64,000 bases of DNA, taken from contig CACWSX010000009.1 in the NCBI GenBank assembly GCA_902763615.1, positions 34,515-98,514 of the forward strand, written 5' to 3'. This document shows, piece after piece, positions 56,337 through 64,000 of the stretch (position 1 is the stretch's first letter; every line of letters begins with the position of its first letter). Under the pieces are notes generated by a model. The model did not search any database. It was not told the origin of the DNA and worked only from the letters and a program-made list of their open reading frames with translations. The DNA comes from an uncultured Prevotellaceae bacterium (GTDB taxonomy: Bacteria > Bacteroidota > Bacteroidia > Bacteroidales > Bacteroidaceae). Position numbers and translations under genes: made by a program.

Positions 56337-56609
56337 ATGAAGAGAACCTATTTATTGGTCATCGCTATGGTCTTGCTGACAATGACTGGTTGTAATTTTA
56401 ATAGCGGACCCGTCTATCGCCCTGTTGACTTTGTGGCAGATTCGCTTGTGCATGATGATATACCCAAGGCGATGGATGAAACGCGTGAGATGCTCGAAGA
56501 AATGGAGGACGAGCCGATTATTACCGTTCCTGACATTCCGCAGGAGTCAGACTTGCTGAATGATAAGAACAAGATAGATGTTGATAAAGTAATGCGGGAG
56601 GGCTTCTGA
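56337..56609 (+). CDS. Small hypothetical lipoprotein
   Basis: Lipobox MTGC; TGATG coupling to the next gene. Confidence 0.75.
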   Translation: MKRTYLLVIAMVLLTMTGCNFNSGPVYRPVDFVADSLVHDDIPKAMDETREMLEEMEDEPIITVPDIPQESDLLNDKNKIDVDKVMREGF

Positions 56610-57316
56610 TGAAAATAGGAGATAAAGTGAGGTTTCTGAGTGAAGTCGGAGGTGGACGTGTATCCGGCTTTCAAGGAAAAGATATTGTGCTCGTCGAGGA
56701 CGAAGACGGTTTTGATGTGCCTATGCGCATCACGGAGGTGGTGGTCATTGGCGAAGAAGATTACGACACCGGACATATGGTGGAAGTGAAACAGCGACAG
56801 CAGGCTCAGACTGTTGCCTCTAAGGTGGAGGAGGAAAAGGAACTGGAACCTGCCGACAGGCCTATCACCTTTCGTGCGAAGCCTGAGGAACGCAAGGGCG
56901 GCGACAAGCTCAGCGCCTATTTGGCCTTTGTGCCGATGAATGTGAAGGAGTTGATGCAGACGCGTTTCGAGTCGTATCTGGTGAACGATTCCAACTATTA
57001 TCTGCGCTATACGTTACTCTCTGCCGAGGGTACGGCTTATAGTGTGCGTGCTACTGGCGAGGTGGAGCCCAATACAAAGGCCTTCATCGAGGAGTTCGGG
57101 CGCGAGGATCTGCAGGGGCTGGAGCATCTCTGTATCCAGATGCTGGCCTATAAGCGCGACAAGCACTTCCTGCTGAAACCGCCAGTGAATGTGCCATTGC
57201 GTATCGACGGGGTTAAATTCTACAAGCTCCACACCTTCGAGGAGAATGATTTCTTCGAAGAGCCGGCGCTGATTTATACCATCATAGAAAATGACGTTCA
57301 AAAAGTAAAGATATGA
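56609..57316 (+). CDS. DUF2027 domain protein (no C-terminal Smr domain)
   Basis: MKIGDKVRFL.EVGGG.V, EDEDGFD.P, YLVNDSNY, KFYKLHTF.ENDFF. Confidence 0.85.
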   Translation: MKIGDKVRFLSEVGGGRVSGFQGKDIVLVEDEDGFDVPMRITEVVVIGEEDYDTGHMVEVKQRQQAQTVASKVEEEKELEPADRPITFRAKPEERKGGDKLSAYLAFVPMNVKELMQTRFESYLVNDSNYYLRYTLLSAEGTAYSVRATGEVEPNTKAFIEEFGREDLQGLEHLCIQMLAYKRDKHFLLKPPVNVPLRIDGVKFYKLHTFEENDFFEEPALIYTIIENDVQKVKI

Positions 57317-59223
57317 AATACGGATTTATCAAAGTGGCTGCAGGTGTGCCAGCCGTCAAGGTTGCCGATGTGGAATACAACGTCCAGCAGATCGAGAGTC
57401 TTATCGCTCAGGCTGAAGGCAAGGGCGTGGAGCTGATCGTTTTCCCTGAACTGTGTATCACGGGCTATTCCTGTCAGGATCTTTTCCGTGAGCAGTTGTT
57501 GCTTGACAAGGCAGAAGAGGGACTGATGCTTTTGCTCGATTTTACCCGTAAACTTGATATTATCTCTGTCGTGGGATTGCCCGTGGTGGTCAACGGCCTG
57601 CTCTATAATTGTGCAGCCGTCATTCAGCGTGGTTCTATCCTCGGCATTGTGCCCAAGACGTTTTTGCCCAATTATGGCGAGTTCTACGAGAAACGCTGGT
57701 TTGCCTCTGCACAGGATCTCTCGCCAGTAGATTTTTATTTGGCAGGCAGTCCTGTTAGCATCAGTCCTGAGCCGTCGGTTTTCGTCACAGGCGATGGCGT
57801 GAAGTTCGGTATTGAGATCTGCGAAGATGTCTGGGCACCCATTCCGCCCAGCAACAATCTGGCGCTTGCTGGTGCCGATATCATCATGAACCTTTCTGCT
57901 AGCGACGATCTCTTGGGCAAGCATCAGTATCTGCGCTCGCTGCTGGCTCAGCAAAGTGCCCGCACCATCAGTGCCTATGTCTATGCCAGCTGTGGTTTCG
58001 GCGAATCGACGCAGGATGTGGTATATGGCGGCGCTGCGATGGTCTTCGAGAATGGACGACAGCTGGTTGAGGGCGACCGTTTCTCATTGCAGCCTCAGAT
58101 TAAGATTGCTCAGGTGGATGTAGAGCGTCTTCGTTCCGAGCGTAGGCATAACACCACGTTTATTAATGCCCAGCGTCAGGCCTCTGCTCGTCTGGTCGTC
58201 GCCAAGGCGGTAGAACCTCGTGATTTCGAACTTATCCGTGAAATCGATCCTCATCCTTTCATTCCCAAAGAGGCCGATATGCAGACTACCTGTGAGGAGA
58301 TCCTGAATATCCAGGTGGCTGGTCTGGCCAAGCGTCTTTATCATATCAATGCTGAGAAGGCCGTGATCGGTATCAGTGGCGGACTCGATTCCACACTGGC
58401 GCTACTCGTTACAGTGAAGGCATTCGACAAACTTGGACTCGACCGCAAGGGTATCATCGGCATTACAATGCCAGGTTTCGGTACAACCGACCGTACCTAT
58501 AATAATGCGATGACGCTGATGCAGACTTTGGGTGTCACCATTCGTGAGATCAGCATCGCCAAGGCCGTCACACAGCACTTCGAGGATATCGGTCATGATG
58601 CAAAAGTGCATGATATTACCTATGAGAATAGTCAGGCACGCGAACGTACACAGATTCTGATGGATATAGCCAATCAGGTGAACGGTCTTGTGGTGGGTAC
58701 AGGCGACCTCTCGGAACTGGCCTTGGGTTGGGCTACGTACAATGGCGATCACATGTCGATGTATGGTGTGAATGCGGGCGTTCCCAAGACGCTCATCCGT
58801 TATCTGGTAACGTATGTGGCAGGCGAGATGGCTACCGAGACGCTGCTGGATATCGTTGATACCCCGATCTCGCCTGAGCTCATACCTGCCGATAAGAACG
58901 GTATGATCAAGCAGAAGACAGAAGACCTTGTGGGTCCCTATGAGCTCCACGACTTCTTCATCTATTATTTCATGCGCTTTGGTTTCAGTCCGAAGAAGAT
59001 CTATCTGTTGGCACAGAAGGCTTTCTCGAACACCTATGATGATGCCACCATAAAGAAGTGGCTCACCACCTTCTGTCGACGCTTCTTCACACAACAGTTC
59101 AAGCGTTCGTGTCTGCCCGATGGTCCGAAGGTGGGTACTGTGAGTCTTTCACCTCGCGGCGACTGGCGCATGCCAAGCGATGCCTCGTACTCGCTATGGC
59201 TTAAGGAATGTGAGAACTTGTAG
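57313..59223 (+). CDS. nadE: Glutamine-dependent NAD+ synthetase
   Basis: Nitrilase domain ([18 protein letters not shown]), [28 protein letters not shown]. Confidence 0.96.
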   Translation: MKYGFIKVAAGVPAVKVADVEYNVQQIESLIAQAEGKGVELIVFPELCITGYSCQDLFREQLLLDKAEEGLMLLLDFTRKLDIISVVGLPVVVNGLLYNCAAVIQRGSILGIVPKTFLPNYGEFYEKRWFASAQDLSPVDFYLAGSPVSISPEPSVFVTGDGVKFGIEICEDVWAPIPPSNNLALAGADIIMNLSASDDLLGKHQYLRSLLAQQSARTISAYVYASCGFGESTQDVVYGGAAMVFENGRQLVEGDRFSLQPQIKIAQVDVERLRSERRHNTTFINAQRQASARLVVAKAVEPRDFELIREIDPHPFIPKEADMQTTCEEILNIQVAGLAKRLYHINAEKAVIGISGGLDSTLALLVTVKAFDKLGLDRKGIIGITMPGFGTTDRTYNNAMTLMQTLGVTIREISIAKAVTQHFEDIGHDAKVHDITYENSQARERTQILMDIANQVNGLVVGTGDLSELALGWATYNGDHMSMYGVNAGVPKTLIRYLVTYVAGEMATETLLDIVDTPISPELIPADKNGMIKQKTEDLVGPYELHDFFIYYFMRFGFSPKKIYLLAQKAFSNTYDDATIKKWLTTFCRRFFTQQFKRSCLPDGPKVGTVSLSPRGDWRMPSDASYSLWLKECENL

Positions 59224-59239
59224 AAGTAAAAAAAATGAG

Positions 59240-61783
59240 TTAGCTGAAAACTAACTCATTTTTATTTTCGTGGAGTGCAATGTGAATCGTGGCACCTGGT
59301 TCGAGGTTGCCGTTGACAATCAGGTCACTCACCCCGTCTTCGATGTGATTCTGAATAGCACGCTTCAGTGGGCGGGCGCCAAACTGCACATCGTAGCCCT
59401 TCGATGCCACAAACTCCTTCGCTTCTTCAGAGAGATCGATTTTGTAACCAATCTGTTCGATACGCTGGTAGAGGCCTTTCAGCTCTATGTCGATAATCTT
59501 CTTGATAGCCTCCAGGTCGAGCTGGTCGAAGGTGATGATTTCATCCAGACGATTCAGGAATTCAGGCGAGAACTGCTTCGAGAGGGCTTTCTGCACAATG
59601 CTGCGCGCATGTTCCTTATCCTCTTCGTTGAGCATCAGTCCGTTGCTGCCAACAGCACTGAAACCGACACCACGTCCGAAGTCTTTCAGCTGGCGCGTAC
59701 CAGCGTTCGAGGTCATGATGATCACCGTGTTGCGGAAGTCCACCAGGCGTCCGTTGCCATCCGTCAGACGACCCTCGTCGAGCACCTGTAGCAACAGATT
59801 ATACACATTGGCGTGGGCTTTCTCAATCTCGTCGAGCAGCACGATGGAGTAGGGGTGACGACGCACACGCTCCGTCAGCTGTCCACCTTCCTCATAGCCC
59901 ACATAGCCCGGAGGCGCACCAATCAGCCTTGAGGTGTTGAAACTCTCCGTATATTCGCTCATATCAATGCGGATAAGGGCCTCGCTACTGCCGAACATGA
60001 ATTCTGCGAGTTTCTTGGCCAAATAGGTCTTACCCACACCCGTAGGTCCGAGGAACATAAACACACCGATGGGATGGTTGGGGTCCTTCAGACCTACACG
60101 GTTGCGCTGGATGGCGCGCACCATCTTGTCGATGGCTTTGTCCTGTCCGATCACAGCACCCTTCAGCTCCTCAGACATACCCTTCAGTCGGATGCCTTCC
60201 TGCTCAGCCATACGCTGCACAGGTACACCCGTCATGATCGACACCACATCGGCCACCTGATCGGCATCCACCACCTGAGGCTCCTCGTCTAAGCCCTTAC
60301 GCCAGCGATCGTTCATTTCCTTCAGCTCCGTTTCCAGGACAGTCTGACGGTCGCGATAGCCGGCTGCCAACTCGAAGTTCTGATTTTTCACCGCTAGGTT
60401 CTTGCGCTCCTTCATACGCTCAATCTCCTGCTCCTTCTCCGCAATCTCAGGTGGAAGCTGTGCATTAGAAAGATGTACGCGCGAGCCCGTCTCGTCCAAA
60501 GCATCGATAGCCTTATCGGGCATGAAGCGGTCTGTCACGTAGCGGTCTGTCAATTTGACACACGCCACCAGTGCTTCGTCGGTATAGCTCACATGGTGGT
60601 GATGCTCGTAGCGGTCCTTGATATTCCTGAGAATCTGCAAGGTCTCCTCCTGCGTGGTGGGCTCTACGATCACCTTCTGGAATCGGCGCTCCAGAGCACC
60701 GTCCTTCTCGATGGAGTTGCGGTATTCGTCGAGTGTGGTGGCACCGATGCATTGGATAGTACCCCTTGCCAGCGCTGGTTTCAGGATATTAGCGGCATCC
60801 ATCGAACCTGGTGTCGAACCGGCTCCGATCAGCGTGTGTATCTCGTCGATGAACACAATCACCTCAGGATTGGCTTCAATCTCCTTCATCAGGGCTTTCA
60901 GACGCTCCTCAAACTGTCCGCGATACTTTGTGCCAGCCACCACACCCGTCATGTCGAGGGTGTAGATCCGCTTGCCGAAGAGCATCGGACTGGTATGATG
61001 GGCGGCAATCTGCTGGGCGAGGCCTTCTACGATGGCACTCTTACCCACGCCTGGCTCACCAATCAGGATGGGGTTGTTCTTTTTGCGGCGACCGAGGATT
61101 TCAATCACACGCTGTATTTCTTTCTCACGGCCCACACAAGGGTCGAGCTTACCTTCTGTGGCAGCACGTGTCAGATCGGTACCGAAGGTGTCGAGCACAG
61201 GGGTCTTCGACTCCGGTTTCTTCTGGGCTGTTGTGGCGGTTCTGGATTTCCCCGCTGAGCCCGGCTTCCCGCCTGCTCCCGCGGTGTCCTCGAATTCCTC
61301 CTCTTCTTCGTCGGGGAGTCCGATACCGTTTCTGATTTCTCTATTTTGCGGGGCGAAAAGCATCGCCATCGCATCTTCGTAATTCATGTTGTTCAATTCT
61401 AAAATTTGTTTGGCACTATTGTTTGCTGCGTCATGCAGGATGGCCAGCAGCAGGTGCTGCTCGTCTACTTTTGTCGTCCGCTGGATACGGGCTTCGAGCA
61501 CGGCAAGCTTCAGGATATTGCTGGCTTGCTCATTGAGCACCAACTCGCTGGTGTATATGGGCTGTTGGATCTCGTCTTCCCTGACGCGGTTCTCGAGTTC
61601 TGTCTTGATCGATGGCAGGTTCAGGTTCAAACGGTTAAACACGTCGATCACAGGCCCTTCCTTCATTCTGAGCATACCTAATAACAGGTGCTCCGGACCT
61701 ACCGACCGGCTGGCCAATCGAGCTGCCTCCTCACGCGAATAGGCGAGGATTTCGGATACTTTGGGTGAAAACTGACTTGTCAT
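59240..61783 (-). CDS. clpC: ATP-dependent Clp protease ATP-binding subunit ClpC
   Basis: Clp N domain, [17 protein letters not shown] motif, [25 protein letters not shown]. Confidence 0.95.
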   Translation of the reverse strand: MTSQFSPKVSEILAYSREEAARLASRSVGPEHLLLGMLRMKEGPVIDVFNRLNLNLPSIKTELENRVREDEIQQPIYTSELVLNEQASNILKLAVLEARIQRTTKVDEQHLLLAILHDAANNSAKQILELNNMNYEDAMAMLFAPQNREIRNGIGLPDEEEEEFEDTAGAGGKPGSAGKSRTATTAQKKPESKTPVLDTFGTDLTRAATEGKLDPCVGREKEIQRVIEILGRRKKNNPILIGEPGVGKSAIVEGLAQQIAAHHTSPMLFGKRIYTLDMTGVVAGTKYRGQFEERLKALMKEIEANPEVIVFIDEIHTLIGAGSTPGSMDAANILKPALARGTIQCIGATTLDEYRNSIEKDGALERRFQKVIVEPTTQEETLQILRNIKDRYEHHHHVSYTDEALVACVKLTDRYVTDRFMPDKAIDALDETGSRVHLSNAQLPPEIAEKEQEIERMKERKNLAVKNQNFELAAGYRDRQTVLETELKEMNDRWRKGLDEEPQVVDADQVADVVSIMTGVPVQRMAEQEGIRLKGMSEELKGAVIGQDKAIDKMVRAIQRNRVGLKDPNHPIGVFMFLGPTGVGKTYLAKKLAEFMFGSSEALIRIDMSEYTESFNTSRLIGAPPGYVGYEEGGQLTERVRRHPYSIVLLDEIEKAHANVYNLLLQVLDEGRLTDGNGRLVDFRNTVIIMTSNAGTRQLKDFGRGVGFSAVGSNGLMLNEEDKEHARSIVQKALSKQFSPEFLNRLDEIITFDQLDLEAIKKIIDIELKGLYQRIEQIGYKIDLSEEAKEFVASKGYDVQFGARPLKRAIQNHIEDGVSDLIVNGNLEPGATIHIALHENKNELVFS

Positions 61784-61986
61784 TCTTTTGTCTTTATTGT
61801 GCAAAGATACAAATAATTCTGCAAACATCATGCCAAAATCTCAAAAAACTTTTGGCTAAATAAGCTTAAAAGGTTTGGTGGGATGCAAAAAAATACCTAC
61901 CTTTGCACGGTTAAAAACGCGTCAGCGAGCTTAAAAATGCCCTTAAACGCGAAATCCGGAAAAAATCAAGTAATAAAATATAAGAA

Positions 61987-64000
61987 ATGAATCAGACATT
62001 CGACAACGACAGAATTATCAAAATCAACATCGAAGAAGAGATGAAGTCCAGCTACATCGACTACTCCATGTCAGTCATCGTAGCCCGTGCTCTTCCCGAT
62101 GTGCGCGACGGCTTCAAACCCGTACACCGCCGTATCCTTTACGGTATGATGAACATTAACAACGTTTCCACGCAGCCATATAAGAAATGTGCGCGCGTCG
62201 TCGGTGAGGTGCTCGGTAAGTACCATCCCCATGGCGACAGCTCCGTCTATGGTGCCCTCGTCCGTATGGCACAGGACTGGAACATGCGTTACACCCTTGT
62301 CGACGGCCAAGGTAACTTCGGCTCAGTCGATGGCGACTCACCCGCAGCCATGCGATACACCGAGTGCCGCCTCTCGAAGATGGGAGAGCACATCATGGAC
62401 GACCTCGATAAGGAGACCGTCGATATGGCGCCCAACTTCGATGACTCACTCGAGGAGCCTACCGTCATGCCAACCAAGATTCCAAATCTGTTGGTAAATG
62501 GTGGTAACGGTATTGCCGTTGGTATGGCTACCAATATGCCCACCCACAACCTGGGCGAGGTGATTGATGGCTGCTGTGCCTATATCGACAACCCCGACAT
62601 CGATACCGACGGACTGATGCAGTATATCCCGGGTCCTGACTTCCCAACAGGTGCCTATATCTATGGACTCTCAGGTGTGCGCGATGCTTACGAGACTGGT
62701 CGCGGCCGTATCGTGATGCGTGCCAAGGCAGAGATCGAGGCTGGCGACACGCACGACAAGATTGTCGTCACCGAGATTCCTTATGGTGTCAACAAGGCCG
62801 ATCTCGTGGCCTATATCGCCGACCTTGCCAACCAGCATAAGATTGAGGGTGTGGCTAATGTCAACGATGAGTCTGGTCGTCAGGGTATGCGTATCGTTGT
62901 CGACTGCAAGCGCGATGCCAATGCCAACGTGCTGCTCAACAAGCTCTTTAAGATGACGGCTCTGCAGAGCTCATTCTCTGTGAATAACATCGCTCTCGTC
63001 AAGGGCCGTCCGCGTCTGCTCTCATTGAAGGAGTGCGTCAAGTACTTCGTTGAGCACCGTCACGATGTGACCATCCGTCGCACCAAGTACGACCTGCGCA
63101 AGGCTCAGGAGCGTGCCCATATCCTCGAGGGCTTGATCATCGCCGTCAACAATATCGACGAGGTGGTACACATTATTAGAAATAGTAAGACACCTACCGA
63201 TGCCCAGCGCAATTTGGAGGTTCGCTTCAATCTCGACGAACTCCAGTCGAAGGCCATCGTCGATATGCGTCTGGCTCAGCTCACTGGCCTGCGTGTCGAT
63301 CAGCTCCATCAGGAGTTTGATGATTTGCAGAAGCTCATTGCTGAGTTGCAGGAGATCCTCGACAATCCCGAGCGTTGTAAGGAGGTCATGAAGCAGGATT
63401 TGCAGGAGGTGAAGGAGAAGTATGGCGACGACCGTCGTACAGAGATCATCCCCTTCGACCACGAGTTCAATGCCGAAGACTTCTATCCCGACGATCCTGT
63501 GGTCATCACCATCAGCCACATGGGCTATATCAAGCGCACCAAGCTCGACGAGTTCCACGAGCAGGGACGTGGTGGAGTAGGCGCGAAGGCTGCCCGTCAT
63601 CGCGACAACGACTTCACCGAGTATATCTATCCTGCCACGATGCACAACACGCTGCTCTTCTTCACCCAGAAGGGACGCTGCTACTGGCAGGCCCGACGAC
63701 TCTATCAACGCCGTGCTGCGCATCAAGAACTTCAACGACGAGGAGTTCATGCAGTCGCACTATGTGGTGTTCGCCACCAAGCAGGGTATCATCAAGAAGA
63801 CCCGTCTCGATGCCTATAAGAACGTGCGTGCAGCCGGTGTCATCGCCATCAATATCAACGAGGGCGACGAGGTGGTAGGCGTCCGTCTCACCAACGGCCA
63901 CAACGAACTGCTGATGGCCAACCGCAACGGACGTGCCGTACGCTTCGACGAGAACGATGTCCGCACCATGGGCCGTGTGGCTACCGGTGTCATCGGCATG
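61987..64000 (+). CDS. gyrA: DNA gyrase subunit A, running off the window; apparent deletion plus frameshift near 63688
   Basis: [39 protein letters not shown] box; C-terminal pinwheel repeats continue in the +1 frame from 63692. Confidence 0.95.

Noticed and set aside
1-64000. tRNA, rRNA, integrase, transposase or prophage genes
   Set aside because: None recognised anywhere in the window.

Overview
Chromosomal segment of a Bacteroidales bacterium, most likely Prevotellaceae (TAnnTTTG promoters, EF-G2, type-2 IleRS, T9SS cargo and plug genes). Most of the window is ordinary housekeeping DNA: hemW, fusA2, GH106, dcu, ileS-dksA-lspA-DUF4296-nupG-rsmE-paaK, proS, ompA-mtgA-sigma, hisGDC, rpsA, gdhA, rlmH, RSH, nadE, clpC, gyrA. 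Two accessory zones stand out. (1) About 1.4-2.5 kb: a decayed DUF3987/VirE-type gene fragment, an origin-like inverted-repeat/IHF region and a promoter-driven, hairpin-rich candidate ncRNA. (2) About 21-34.9 kb: an AT-rich, co-oriented island with no integrase. It begins with two candidate sRNAs and a repeat array, and three of its promoters are preceded by the same palindrome, CCACAAG-N-CTTGYGG. The island encodes a DUF1848 Fe-S protein, a methyltransferase-RecQ fusion, a membrane-anchored winged-helix protein, an ADP-ribosylglycohydrolase, an HD hydrolase and two proteins sharing an unrecognised 60-aa domain. This is the best candidate for an undescribed regulon (defence or DNA-damage response). 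All family calls come from motif recognition by eye; no database searches were run.
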